A stretch of DNA of 64,000 bases from a virus (lineage: Duplodnaviria > Caudoviricetes): positions 1 through 64,000 of the IMG/VR virus record IMGVR_UViG_3300022912_000005, one strand, 5' to 3'. Under the pieces are notes generated by a model that saw nothing but the letters and a program-made list of their open reading frames with translations, was not told the origin of the DNA and ran no database searches. A program made the translations under genes and the position numbers. Below are positions 1 through 10,540 of this stretch, one piece after another (within the stretch, counting starts at the first letter, position 1; each line of letters opens with the position of its first letter).

Positions 1-3000
1 TTTGGTACATTAGATGCAAATGATACATTATATGTTACACAGTCAAAAGTTGGAATTGGAACAAGCTCACCAGGTAGATTAGTTGATATGTGGAGAAGTG
101 ATTCAAGTACTAATATGCATCTTAAAATTCAAAATGATGGAGATGGTGATGCTGGAATATGGTTTCAAACGAGTGTAGATTGGAACATGGGAATTGATAA
201 TAGTGATTCAGATAAATTTAAAATATCAGCAGGATCATTATTAGCAACTGATCCAGCAATCGTAATTGACACAAGTGAAAATGTAGGAATACAAACAACA
301 TCACCATCAGTAGAATTAGAAGTTTCTGGTGGAGTATTAATTAATCAAGATGCTAATGAGGTTGCATTTGCTGTTACAGGTGGAGGCGGTGGTGTTAATG
401 TTGCAACCTTTGCAAGAGATGTTGGTGCAACTGGTATTATAGCAATAAATGTAAATGGTGGTGATCCACAAATAACATTTGATGTAGAAGGTGGCACTAT
501 ACACGTAATTGGTGTTGATGATGGTGCTGATGATACATTAAGAATTGGCCCTGCAACTTCAATTGAAAATCTTACAAATGAAGGTATCTCAATATCAAAA
601 ACTGGACAAGTTGGAATAAACACAACAACACCAACATCAGCATTAGAAGTATCAGGTACAATATTTATATCTGGAATGTCAAGTAATGGAGCTGAAGATG
701 CAATAACAATTGGTGTAGATGGTGAAACAGATGCATCAATTAAATTCTTTGATGATGATGCTGAATCAGCTCAACATTTCAAAATGACATTTAATGCTAG
801 TAGAGAAGATTTAAGATTTCAATCAGATGAAGTTGATAATATTTTATATATGACTCAAGATGGTTTGGTTGGAATTGGTACAGATGCTCCAGTATCGTTA
901 TTTCATATTACAGGATCACCTACAAGTAATGTAATACAAGCTGTTGAAAGTACAGATAATGTATCATATACACAATATTATACAAAAGCTACTGGAAATT
1001 CAGGAATTGGTGATGGATTAACTGTTGGATATAATGGTGCCGCTTATCTTTATAATCGTGAATCAACATCTATGCATTTTGGTACTGCGAATACTACAAG
1101 AATGACAATTCTTTCAGATGGTAAAATTGGAATTGGAACAGTCGTTCCAGCTTGGAATGTACACGTAAGTTCATCAGCAGGATGTACAATTGCGATAGAT
1201 GGTAATGGTGCTGATGTCGGCTATTTAGCTAAAGAAGGTGGCACAAATATATTTGCTTTATTTAGTGATGATTCAGATTCAATATTAAGATTAACAAATT
1301 ATCAAGCTGAAAATATTCAATTCTCTACAGATAGAGGTGGTACTGAAACTATAGTTATGACATTACAAGATTCTACTGGAAATGTAGGAATTGGAACGAC
1401 AGTACCAAAACATCCATTAACCGTTGAGGGAAATATATCAGCATCAGGTGATATTTATATAAGTCAGCCAACAGATGATTTAGCATTAAGAATATATGGG
1501 TATGACGATAGAGCAGCCGATTATGCAGATTTATATGTTAGAAGTGATAGCTATGTTCATCTAAAAAATAATTCATCGGGTGGTAGAGTATATATTGGTA
1601 ATTCAGATGGATTAAATGTTTTTGAAGGTGAGCAGTTTATGCGTGATGATAAGGTGTTTAGATTTGGTACAAGCAGTGATTATTCAATAGGATATCAGAG
1701 TTCAACCGATACTTTTCAAATTGTAGATGGGTCGGCTTTAGGAACAACAGTACGAGTTGTAGTAAATTCTTCAGGTTATGTGGGAATTGGTACGGTAACA
1801 CCAAAAACAGCATTAACAGTAGAAGGTGATATATCAGGATCAGGTAATTTATTTTTAACAGGAAATCAAAAATATATTTCATTTAGACGAGCAGATGGTT
1901 CACCAGTATATGGTGTTGGATTTCATACTGATAATGAATTTTATGTTGGAGCACATCCAGCATTAGCTCCAACAGCTGGAACAGTTTGTAATGTGAGAGC
2001 AGGTAGTGCGTTAAACTTTGGTCTTAGTTCAACTGATATGGTTTATTTAAGAACTGCTGGATTTGGAATTGGAACATCAACACCAACAGCTCAACTTGGA
2101 GTAGTGGGATCAGGATCATTCTCTGGACATTTAACATCTTCAAATCATTTAATGTTTGATGATGGTGGAAATAAAATATTCCAAACAACTGGTGATTATG
2201 CTGGTGGTGATGGTTTAATTAAAATCGGCGATATTGAAGAAAGTTCAGAGTCAACTGTTTTTGTATTAGATGATTCAATTCAATCTGCACATTTAACAAC
2301 AGCTCTAGCAAATACAGCCAAATTTGGAATTGGAACAGCAAGTCCAAAACATCCACTACATATAGTTAGTGACGGATATCCTCAATTAAACATCAGTAGT
2401 TCAACATCAGCATTTTCAGCTATACAATTAGCAACAGCAACAAATACAAATGATTGGAGATTGATAGCAAATAGTAATAGTACATTTAATATATATGATG
2501 TTACATCAGGATCATATAGATTTACAATAGATGATATTGGAAACGTAGGAATTGGTACGACATCACCATCGTATGCTTTAGATGTTGTTGGTAGTGCAAG
2601 ATTTAATGACGTGGGGGTATCAGATGTTTATGTTGGTGGTGCTCTTATGCTTAGAGAAGATGGTTCTGGAAATCTTAAAATTGGTGGAGTTTCAGGTGGG
2701 AGTTCTACAAGTATATATTCAGTAGGTGCGGAAGCAATAAGAATTGATACATCACAAAACGTAGGAATTGGTACAACATCACCAAATTATAGTTTAACTG
2801 TTGGTGATGGTACTAGTGCTGAATATATACAACTATCTACAAATAGTGGTGTTGGTGGTATAATGTTTACTGATACGGATAATACAACAAATCAAGGTGC
2901 AATTAGATATGATCATTCGACAAACACGATGTATATTAGAACAAATTCATCTGAGCAAGTTGCTATCAATTCATCTGGATATGTAGGGATTGGAACATCA

Positions 3001-5181
3001 ACACCTCAAGGAAATTTAGTAGTAACTGGTACTAGTGCGGCTAGTAACGCATCTACTGGAATATTTATGATAACAGATGGTACGGGTGTCAACACTGATA
3101 TGAAATTAAATTTCGGTGTAGTTGCAAATGATTATGGATGGATACAAGCTGTGAAACCTGGAACAGCAGTACGAGATATTGCTTTAAATCCAGAAGGAGG
3201 TAGTGTAGGAATTAATACAACATCACCAGAAGCATTATTACATGTAAAAGGTGCAGACGGTGTAACTGGTACAATATTAATAGAAGGTGGAAATACTACT
3301 GTAACTGCATTAGGTGAAATACACTCACAGTTAGAATTTGGGGCAAACGATATATCTGTTACAGGGGGAATCGGTGGTAGAATAGCATCAGTAACAGAAT
3401 ATACTAATGGTGCATTGGCTGGTATGTCATTTTATACGTTTCAACAATCCGTTGGACTTCTATCTGAAAAGATGAGAATTACATATCATGGTAGAGTTGG
3501 AATTGGAACAACAACACCACAGGCATTATTACACGTAAATGGAAATATATCAGGATCAAGTATTGAAGTATCAAATGCAGTATCATCATCAATAGTATAT
3601 ACAAATGTAATTGGTAGGTATGGTGATTATGCGGATAGAATAGGATTTAATAATAATAGAATTGATATAATAGCAAATAATAATGCTATATATTGGGATT
3701 CTGCTGATTTCTATCCAGGAAATGATGCTGTACGTGGTTTAGGTAAGTCATCTAATAGATGGGATGACTTATATTTATCAAACAATGCATATATAGATGG
3801 TGCAATATCAGCATCATCAATTGATATATCTGGACATCTAACTTCTTCAAATCATATAATATTAGATGAGGGATCAAGTAAAATATTCCAAACAACTGGA
3901 GATTATGCATCAGGTAATGGATTGGTTAAATTAGGTGATATTGAAGAAAGTTCAGAGTCAACTGTTTTTGTATTAGATGATTCAATACAATCTGCATATC
4001 TAACATCAGCGTTAGCAAATACAGCTAAATTAGGAATTGGAACAGCAACACCAATTACAGCATTAGAAGTAGTTGGTGATATAACAATTAGTAAAACTGC
4101 GGCTTCCACAATGAATATTAGTTCATCTGATGCTAATAGTTATAGTGTAGTGAGACTTGCTACTAATGAAGATACTAATAAATATATGATAGGATATGGA
4201 TCAGCGCATAGTGGTCAAGCTAATCAATTATCATTAAAAAATACTAATGGTGTAATTAATTTCTTGGTAGGTGGAACTGCATATCCTGCTAATGGAATAA
4301 TGGAAGTTACTACAGATGGTATAAATGTAACAGGTAGTATTAATGTAACAGGAACAGTTGATGGTGTAGATGTAAATGCAGTAAGTGCTAGTTATGCATC
4401 ACATGTTGTAAACGTATCAAATCCACATTCAGTTGTTTGGAGTGATGTATCATCTGGTCATGATGCTGGAGAACATGATGGACTAAATATAATATCTGCA
4501 CAATCTTCTGCTTTGACATCAGGATTAGCATCAACAGATGAATTTCTTATAAATGATGGTGGTACAGTTAAGAGAATGGATTATAGTGTAGTATTAACTG
4601 ATATTCATAAGAATACTGATATAGCTGATCTTTTTGATACGACAATAGCTTCAATAGCAAATGATGAAATAATAACATATGATGGAGCCGCTTCTAAATG
4701 GAAAAATACAACACCTCCAACATTAATTGCATCATTATCAACACAAATTGATGCTAAAAATGGAACAGATTATTATTATGGTAGCACAACATATGGGTGG
4801 AGTCATGTGCCGTGGACAATAGGTACAGCTGGCGATCCAACTGGAAGTTTTGCATCTAATGGTATTGTATGTCCAATTGATTTTGAGAATGTAATCGTTA
4901 AAGGTGTTGTTAAAAGTGTAGGTAATGATAATAGACGGGCAAAATTTAAAATTATGCATTCTGCAAGACCAAATGGTGGAGCATTATCAGCATCATTTGC
5001 TAGTGATACTTCTGTATTATGTTCAACAGCAAATCTATATTATGATGTAGACATCGATACTGATGTTTCATTGGCGGCTGGTGATTTAATTTTTATTATG
5101 GTAAATGGATTTGATCATGCTAGTGGAACTGAGTCATTTGATATATCATTATCAATATATGGTAAAGGATATACATTTTAA
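1..5181 (+). CDS. Long tail fibre / virion fibre protein, 5' truncated by window edge
   Basis: Frame is open from base 1 (FGTLDAND...). Many G(N/Y)VGIGTT(S/T)P repeats typical of phage fibre proteins; Gly/Ser/Thr-rich. Confidence 0.8.
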   Translation, partial: FGTLDANDTLYVTQSKVGIGTSSPGRLVDMWRSDSSTNMHLKIQNDGDGDAGIWFQTSVDWNMGIDNSDSDKFKISAGSLLATDPAIVIDTSENVGIQTTSPSVELEVSGGVLINQDANEVAFAVTGGGGGVNVATFARDVGATGIIAINVNGGDPQITFDVEGGTIHVIGVDDGADDTLRIGPATSIENLTNEGISISKTGQVGINTTTPTSALEVSGTIFISGMSSNGAEDAITIGVDGETDASIKFFDDDAESAQHFKMTFNASREDLRFQSDEVDNILYMTQDGLVGIGTDAPVSLFHITGSPTSNVIQAVESTDNVSYTQYYTKATGNSGIGDGLTVGYNGAAYLYNRESTSMHFGTANTTRMTILSDGKIGIGTVVPAWNVHVSSSAGCTIAIDGNGADVGYLAKEGGTNIFALFSDDSDSILRLTNYQAENIQFSTDRGGTETIVMTLQDSTGNVGIGTTVPKHPLTVEGNISASGDIYISQPTDDLALRIYGYDDRAADYADLYVRSDSYVHLKNNSSGGRVYIGNSDGLNVFEGEQFMRDDKVFRFGTSSDYSIGYQSSTDTFQIVDGSALGTTVRVVVNSSGYVGIGTVTPKTALTVEGDISGSGNLFLTGNQKYISFRRADGSPVYGVGFHTDNEFYVGAHPALAPTAGTVCNVRAGSALNFGLSSTDMVYLRTAGFGIGTSTPTAQLGVVGSGSFSGHLTSSNHLMFDDGGNKIFQTTGDYAGGDGLIKIGDIEESSESTVFVLDDSIQSAHLTTALANTAKFGIGTASPKHPLHIVSDGYPQLNISSSTSAFSAIQLATATNTNDWRLIANSNSTFNIYDVTSGSYRFTIDDIGNVGIGTTSPSYALDVVGSARFNDVGVSDVYVGGALMLREDGSGNLKIGGVSGGSSTSIYSVGAEAIRIDTSQNVGIGTTSPNYSLTVGDGTSAEYIQLSTNSGVGGIMFTDTDNTTNQGAIRYDHSTNTMYIRTNSSEQVAINSSGYVGIGTSTPQGNLVVTGTSAASNASTGIFMITDGTGVNTDMKLNFGVVANDYGWIQAVKPGTAVRDIALNPEGGSVGINTTSPEALLHVKGADGVTGTILIEGGNTTVTALGEIHSQLEFGANDISVTGGIGGRIASVTEYTNGALAGMSFYTFQQSVGLLSEKMRITYHGRVGIGTTTPQALLHVNGNISGSSIEVSNAVSSSIVYTNVIGRYGDYADRIGFNNNRIDIIANNNAIYWDSADFYPGNDAVRGLGKSSNRWDDLYLSNNAYIDGAISASSIDISGHLTSSNHIILDEGSSKIFQTTGDYASGNGLVKLGDIEESSESTVFVLDDSIQSAYLTSALANTAKLGIGTATPITALEVVGDITISKTAASTMNISSSDANSYSVVRLATNEDTNKYMIGYGSAHSGQANQLSLKNTNGVINFLVGGTAYPANGIMEVTTDGINVTGSINVTGTVDGVDVNAVSASYASHVVNVSNPHSVVWSDVSSGHDAGEHDGLNIISAQSSALTSGLASTDEFLINDGGTVKRMDYSVVLTDIHKNTDIADLFDTTIASIANDEIITYDGAASKWKNTTPPTLIASLSTQIDAKNGTDYYYGSTTYGWSHVPWTIGTAGDPTGSFASNGIVCPIDFENVIVKGVVKSVGNDNRRAKFKIMHSARPNGGALSASFASDTSVLCSTANLYYDVDIDTDVSLAAGDLIFIMVNGFDHASGTESFDISLSIYGKGYTF
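2122..4047 (+). repeat. 219-bp internal direct repeat in fibre gene (2122-2340 and 3829-4047)
   Basis: Both copies encode SGHLTSSNH...KIFQTTGDYA...GDIEESSESTVFVLDDSIQSA.LT.ALANTAK.GIGTA, same length, with an identical central DNA stretch. Confidence 0.9.
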
Positions 5182-5233
5182 TGAATAATATTGAATTAAT
5201 TGCATTTATTTACTTAAAAATAGTAAACTTTTA

Positions 5234-5243
5234 ATATTTATAT
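5234..5243 (+). promoter_or_regulatory. ATATTTATAT promoter-like motif
   Basis: Variant of the TATATTTAT motif found in six other intergenic gaps. Confidence 0.45.
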
Positions 5244-5282
5244 ATATATTGAATTTTTTATATTTTTTGAGATTTGAACAAC

Positions 5283-5858
5283 ATGAATAAATTAGCAGAA
5301 ACATTAATAACACAAATAATGGACAATCCACATGAATTGATATCTAATACTGATATTGAGAATTTTATTATGGATGAAACTGCTAATATTTGTGAAATTT
5401 TCCAATTGAAAGAATCAAATTTATCTACTGGAATTTCAACAGATGATGGTCCGAGTGTGTATTATCGAAATATGAATTCATATAAGAGTAGTTCAGCAAA
5501 TGCGGCTGAGAAATTAGGAATGACAGTTCTTGATTATTTAGTAAAAGATGATAAAATGAATAAAACATTTAGAATATATCCAACAGGTCCAGTTGATTCT
5601 GTATCGTTTGCACCAGCTGGTGTAGGAACTGGACAAACACCAAATAACCAAACTGATTTAGTTGGTAAAGAGTTATGGGATGCATATATGAAACATATCA
5701 GAACAGTGAGTCAACAAGTTGGATATAAATTAATTGATTATCTTGGAAAAGATTCAAAAAATCATATTTTAAATATGGTATATAAAACGGAACGTGAACA
5801 AAAAGAATTAGAAAATTTGTGGAGCGATTTAAACGAAAATAAAATAAAGGGTCAATAA
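5283..5858 (+). CDS. Hypothetical protein
   Basis: Intact ORF; ATG at 5283 preferred over TTG at 5274. Confidence 0.7.
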   Translation: MNKLAETLITQIMDNPHELISNTDIENFIMDETANICEIFQLKESNLSTGISTDDGPSVYYRNMNSYKSSSANAAEKLGMTVLDYLVKDDKMNKTFRIYPTGPVDSVSFAPAGVGTGQTPNNQTDLVGKELWDAYMKHIRTVSQQVGYKLIDYLGKDSKNHILNMVYKTEREQKELENLWSDLNENKIKGQ

Positions 5859-6353
5859 GTGGGAAAAAATATACAAAGAGTTAGAGATATGATCGATGGT
5901 AGTTATCATCGAAAAACTGTTGTAAGTGTGAATATGGGTGAACCTAGAAAGAAACGTGAAGTTGGTGAAAGATGGACAGATATACATGGAGTTGAATGGG
6001 AACAGAAAAAAGGATATTATTCAAAGATAACAAAATTAGAGCCTAAAGGAATTGCTGATTCTTGCACTGAATGTGGGCAATATATATTTAAAGGTATTGA
6101 CAAAGCAACGTATAAGAGAATGCAACGATGTTATTATTGTCAAATAGATTTTGAAGCTCGATTAAAATCATTAGGAAAATGGGATGATTGGGTTATGGAG
6201 CAAGAGACTATACGATATGAAGCTATACAAGCTGATATTAAACAATATTACAAAGAAAACAATGAAACATCAAGATTGGCATTCGATGATAAACTTGCAA
6301 ATGCCATAACAAATGTTGGTGGTTCAATGAAAGTACGAAAGGATTTAGGATGA
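5859..6353 (+). CDS. Hypothetical protein with CxxC...CxxC zinc-binding motif
   Basis: CTEC and CYYC motifs. Confidence 0.65.
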   Translation: MGKNIQRVRDMIDGSYHRKTVVSVNMGEPRKKREVGERWTDIHGVEWEQKKGYYSKITKLEPKGIADSCTECGQYIFKGIDKATYKRMQRCYYCQIDFEARLKSLGKWDDWVMEQETIRYEAIQADIKQYYKENNETSRLAFDDKLANAITNVGGSMKVRKDLG

Positions 6354-6535
6354 ATTTAAAGAGTAGAAAATTAATGGTAGCAATTGTGTGTTATTTAACA
6401 GCAACGATATTTGTTATTACAGGAAGTTCAACATTTATTGAATGGGCAGATTTCATTAAATGGGTAATTGGATTGTACTTTATTGGAAACGTTGGTGAAC
6501 ATTTCACGAATAAAATGAACAAGAATGATGAATAA
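6350..6535 (+). CDS. Small two-TM protein, holin candidate
   Basis: 61 aa, SRKL N-terminal motif, two hydrophobic segments, charged C-terminus. Confidence 0.5.
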   Translation: MNLKSRKLMVAIVCYLTATIFVITGSSTFIEWADFIKWVIGLYFIGNVGEHFTNKMNKNDE

Positions 6536-7220
6536 ATTATTTAGTGGAATAAAATCAATATTTACATTCATATTGGGACTATTAGCAGTAGTTGCAATTC
6601 CCGTTGTATTATTTAAAAATAAAAAACATGATAAGAAGCTCGATAAAGAAATAAAACGAGTAAAAGCTGATCGTCAAGCACTAAGAAACAAATCTGACAA
6701 AATAGATAAAGAAAATGCTACAATAAAAGATGATATAAAGAAAAGTGAATTAGAAGTAGACAGACTTAAAAATAAGAAAATAGAAACGAAAACAGCTAAT
6801 GATGCATATAAATCAATCAAAAAACGAATTGGTACACTTATGTTATTGATAGTATTCATGATTTCATCATTAAATCCACAAGAAATATCAACACCAGAAC
6901 TAGCACAAGATGATACATTATATACTTTTACGGCTGAAGAAGTGAAAAACATGGAGTCTGTTTTTATTAAGTGTGCAAATAAAGATAGTGTGATTAGTGA
7001 ATTAGATTTACAAATAAAATTATATAAACGATATAGTGAAAATGATAGCATAAAATTTCAACTTAAAGAGTCAGAAATAAAAGTATTAGAAGAGCATATG
7101 CAATTATATATAGATGAATTGGCGTGGCAAACTAGATGGTATAATCATAGATATCTATGGTTTGGATATGGTGTTGGTACTATTTATTTGGCAAGTATAA
7201 TTGTAGATAATATAAAATAA
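6525..7220 (+). CDS. Membrane-anchored coiled-coil protein, spanin-like candidate
   Basis: N-terminal TM, Lys-rich coiled coil, internal hydrophobic segment, C-terminal TM; adjacent to holin candidate. Confidence 0.4.
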   Translation: MMNKLFSGIKSIFTFILGLLAVVAIPVVLFKNKKHDKKLDKEIKRVKADRQALRNKSDKIDKENATIKDDIKKSELEVDRLKNKKIETKTANDAYKSIKKRIGTLMLLIVFMISSLNPQEISTPELAQDDTLYTFTAEEVKNMESVFIKCANKDSVISELDLQIKLYKRYSENDSIKFQLKESEIKVLEEHMQLYIDELAWQTRWYNHRYLWFGYGVGTIYLASIIVDNIK

Positions 7221-7224
7221 ACAA

Positions 7225-7590
7225 ATGAATGAACTAAAGAAAATATTAACTGAAAATATAATAGCCAAATTACTTGGTAATTTTAAAATTGTCATGCAAG
7301 TTGATAAAACTGGACATGCAACAGATAGACAAACAAGACATTCAGATACAAATATTACTGATATTGATATTAGAGATACAGTGACATCAGCGATGAGGAA
7401 AATAGTACAAGCGTTAATATTCGATAAAATAGATATTGGTGATGCTGTACTAGTGACAAATAAATCAAATAATCTAAATGTGGTTGGTAAGTTAGAACGA
7501 AAAGGTGATATGCTTGATTTTATTGTTATTACGGTAATGATAAAACGAGGCTTTATGCCAAAAAAAGGAACATATCGATTAACGGTATAA
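7225..7590 (+). CDS. Hypothetical protein with short LKKILTE leader
   Basis: MNELKKILTE N-terminus; HATDRQ...ITVM motifs resemble small RNase/toxin folds (unverified). Confidence 0.55.
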   Translation: MNELKKILTENIIAKLLGNFKIVMQVDKTGHATDRQTRHSDTNITDIDIRDTVTSAMRKIVQALIFDKIDIGDAVLVTNKSNNLNVVGKLERKGDMLDFIVITVMIKRGFMPKKGTYRLTV

Positions 7591-7599
7591 ACTGATAAA

Positions 7600-8436
7600 A
7601 TGGCTAAACAAAATAATTATAAACATATCATAAAACGAGAATTCATAAAATGTGGGCAGGATTGTGATTATTTTTTAAATAAATATGCAATAATTCAACA
7701 TCCATTGAAGGGTAAAATTAAATTTAGTTTATATGATTTTCAACGAACAACATTGACTGATTATATAGAGCATAGATATAATATTATTCTAAAATCACGA
7801 CAATTGGGATTATCAACATTGACAGCTGGATATTCACTATGGTTAATGTTATTTCACTCAGATAAATTGATTATGTGTGTAGCTAAAGATAAAGATGCGG
7901 CTAAGAATCTGATAACAAAAGTTGAAGTGATGTATGATAATCTTCCATCTTGGTTGAAAGTGCCAACATCTGAATATAATAAATTATCAATGGGACTTAC
8001 AAATGGATCATTGATTAAAGCAGTAGCGGCAACACCAGAAGCTGGTAGATCAGATGCATTATCATTATTAATTTTAGATGAATCAGCTTTTACTATGTAT
8101 GCAGATTCAATATGGACTGCGGCTCATCAAACATTGGCAACTGGTGGTGATTGTATTTGCTTATCAACTCCAAACGGTGTAGGTAATTGGTTTCACAAAA
8201 CATGGCAAAAAGCAAACAGTGGTGAGAGTCAATTCAACCCAATTAAACTTAAATGGACAGTACACCCAGATAGAGATCAAGCGTGGAGAGATCAACAAGA
8301 TTTAGATTTAGGACCGAAAATGGCGGCACAAGAATGTGTGTGGGGTGAGAGTGTGGTTACGGTTAAAGATAATGATACTGGTGAAATAAAAACTATTTCG
8401 TTATATGATTTATATATGGAGTTAAATGGTGGATAA
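7600..8436 (+). CDS. terL: Terminase large subunit N-terminal (ATPase) half fused to split-intein N fragment
   Basis: KSRQLGLST Walker A, LLILDESAF Walker B, STPNG motif; ends in CVWGESVV... intein start. Confidence 0.92.
   Translation: MAKQNNYKHIIKREFIKCGQDCDYFLNKYAIIQHPLKGKIKFSLYDFQRTTLTDYIEHRYNIILKSRQLGLSTLTAGYSLWLMLFHSDKLIMCVAKDKDAAKNLITKVEVMYDNLPSWLKVPTSEYNKLSMGLTNGSLIKAVAATPEAGRSDALSLLILDESAFTMYADSIWTAAHQTLATGGDCICLSTPNGVGNWFHKTWQKANSGESQFNPIKLKWTVHPDRDQAWRDQQDLDLGPKMAAQECVWGESVVTVKDNDTGEIKTISLYDLYMELNGG
8335..8433 (+). mobile_element. Split intein N fragment (33 aa)
   Basis: CVWGESVVTVKDNDTGEIKTISLYDLY resembles intein block A, begins right after AAQE, then a stop codon. Confidence 0.85.
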
Positions 8437-9313
8437 CTTGAAATGTAAATTATGTGATTATACTGCAAAACAATTATTTCAACATTTGCGTGCTGTTCAT
8501 AATATATCTACTCAAGAATATAGAGAACGATTTGGAAAAGATGAAGTGGTGCAACTTAATTTCAACCCATCTAGATCGACAGTTGATGTTGAACATGCCA
8601 ACTACGTGCGAGGTGGCTATAAAAAACAAAAGACATTATTACAAAATGTTAAACAATTATATAGTAAAGATACAGTGCGAGATATATTAATTGAAAATGA
8701 ATTATGGAAAAACTATGTAGGTAGAACAAAACAAAGAACATTATTCAAAGATGATATTGTATTATATAAATCAATATTTGAATATACTAATATATTAAAT
8801 GATTATATCAATTGTGTAAAACTACCGCAGAGATTAGTATTTATTATAGATGGTAATTATGATATTAATTTTGCTAAATGTGAATGTGGTAATACATATA
8901 CGTTTAATAAATATTGTAGATATTGTCCAGTTAATAAATCAAATCCAGCTAATAGAAAGCAATCAGCTGAAACAAAAAGAAAGCGTAGATTAAGTGCTAT
9001 AAAATATATTTCAAAAATGAAAGGGCAATGTGCACCTAGGTATAATATAGATTCAATTCCAATAATTGAACAATATGGAAAAGATCATGGATATAATTTT
9101 AAACACGCAGAAAATGGAGGAGAATATTATATTAAAGATTTAGGATATTGGGTTGATGGATATGATGAGGTGAAGAATGTGGTGATTGAGATCGATGAAC
9201 GTCATCACTTTCAATATGGTGGTGAATTAAAAGATAGAGATCAACAACGACAATCGGAAATTGAAAACAAACTCAATTGTGAGTTTATTAGGATTAAATA
9301 TGAAAGTAAATAA
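8426..9313 (+). CDS. Free-standing endonuclease (N-terminal C2H2-like finger, C-terminal Vsr/DUF559-like nuclease), probable homing endonuclease
   Basis: CKLC...HLRAVH; YWVDGYDEVKNVVIEIDERHH...DQQRQSEI...FIRI; overlaps both terminase halves in another frame. Confidence 0.75.
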   Translation: MVDNLKCKLCDYTAKQLFQHLRAVHNISTQEYRERFGKDEVVQLNFNPSRSTVDVEHANYVRGGYKKQKTLLQNVKQLYSKDTVRDILIENELWKNYVGRTKQRTLFKDDIVLYKSIFEYTNILNDYINCVKLPQRLVFIIDGNYDINFAKCECGNTYTFNKYCRYCPVNKSNPANRKQSAETKRKRRLSAIKYISKMKGQCAPRYNIDSIPIIEQYGKDHGYNFKHAENGGEYYIKDLGYWVDGYDEVKNVVIEIDERHHFQYGGELKDRDQQRQSEIENKLNCEFIRIKYESK

Positions 9314-9626
9314 TAAATATAAAATATTAACACCAGATGGATTTGAACAATTCAGCGGCATCACTAAATTACAGAAAGAATCACATTTTGTTATATCATT
9401 ATCAAATGATAAAATTATTAAGTGTTCATTAAATCATAGATTTATTAAAAATGGTGAGGCTATATATGCATATGAATTAGTGGTTGGTGATAACATTGAT
9501 TCTGTTAATAATGCTGAGGTATTTGTGACTGATATTACGTTTAGTGATAGTTATATTGATTTATATGATATTAATGATGTTGGTGATAAAAGCATTTTTA
9601 ATGTAGATGGTATTGTTAGCCATAAT
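9300..9626 (+). mobile_element. Split intein C fragment (109 aa)
   Basis: KILTPDGF, block B CSLNHRF, block F LYDI, block G GIVSHN followed by +1 Cys. Confidence 0.88.
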
Positions 9627-10520
9627 TGTGATACTGATTTTTTATCATCTGGTAATTCAGTAGTCGATTTGACAATTTTAGAACAATATAGAAAAGAAAC
9701 GATAATCGATCCGATAGCAAAAGAATTTGTTGATAAAAACTTATGGATATGGAAATATAGTGAAGCTGGTAAGAATTATGTAGTAAGTGCTGATGTTGCT
9801 AGAGGTGATGGTGCTGATTATTCTACACTTCAAGTATTTGATGTAGATAACGTAGAACAGGTTGCTGAATATAAAGGACAATTAGATACTACAGTGTTTG
9901 GTAATTTTGCGATTGAGATAGCAACAAAATATAATGATGCATTATTAATTGTTGAAAATAATAATGTAGGTTGGGCTGTGATTCAAACAATTATCGATAG
10001 AGGATATAAGAATCTATTCTACCAAACAAAAGATTTAAAATATGTAGAATCTATAAACCGAAAAACAAACAATAAATACTACAAACTCGAAGATCAAAAA
10101 GTACCAGGATTTACTACATCAATGAAAACACGACCATTGATTGTAGCTAAAATGGAAGAATACACAAGAACAAAACAAGCAATATTAAGATCATCAAGAT
10201 TGATAGATGAGTTAGAAGTATTCATATATCGAAATGGTAAACCAGAAGCGCAGACTGGATATAACGATGATCTAACAATGGCATACGCAATAAACTTATG
10301 GATCAGAGATACCGCACTAAGATTAAAGAAAAAAAATACTGAAGTTCAAGAATCAATGCTTAGTGCAATTGTTGATTTTAATGGTAATGATGTATCTACC
10401 GAAGAAGAACTTATGCAAAATAGAGAACAGTCTAAAGAATATCAAGATTATTTGAAAAGGATGTCCGTGACAACAGATAACTCATCAGATGACGAAGACT
10501 TTTCTTGGTTAATTAATTAA
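9300..10520 (+). CDS. terL: Split-intein C fragment fused to terminase large subunit C-terminal (nuclease) half
   Basis: Intein ending SHN followed by CDTDFLSSG; SADVARGDGADYS, VENNNVG and NDDLTMA RNase H-like terminase motifs. Confidence 0.92.
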   Translation: MKVNNKYKILTPDGFEQFSGITKLQKESHFVISLSNDKIIKCSLNHRFIKNGEAIYAYELVVGDNIDSVNNAEVFVTDITFSDSYIDLYDINDVGDKSIFNVDGIVSHNCDTDFLSSGNSVVDLTILEQYRKETIIDPIAKEFVDKNLWIWKYSEAGKNYVVSADVARGDGADYSTLQVFDVDNVEQVAEYKGQLDTTVFGNFAIEIATKYNDALLIVENNNVGWAVIQTIIDRGYKNLFYQTKDLKYVESINRKTNNKYYKLEDQKVPGFTTSMKTRPLIVAKMEEYTRTKQAILRSSRLIDELEVFIYRNGKPEAQTGYNDDLTMAYAINLWIRDTALRLKKKNTEVQESMLSAIVDFNGNDVSTEEELMQNREQSKEYQDYLKRMSVTTDNSSDDEDFSWLIN

Positions 10521-10540
10521 TGAAATAATTAGAGGATAAA

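Noticed and set aside
2122-4047. Fibre internal repeat as a DGR template/variable repeat pair
   Set aside because: Differences are not confined to adenines, both copies are coding within one ORF, and no reverse transcriptase is in the window
7600-10520. Terminase break as a pseudogene or group I intron
   Set aside because: Both halves keep catalytic motifs and carry complementary intein fragments exactly at the break; the intervening DNA is fully coding with no room for a ribozyme core
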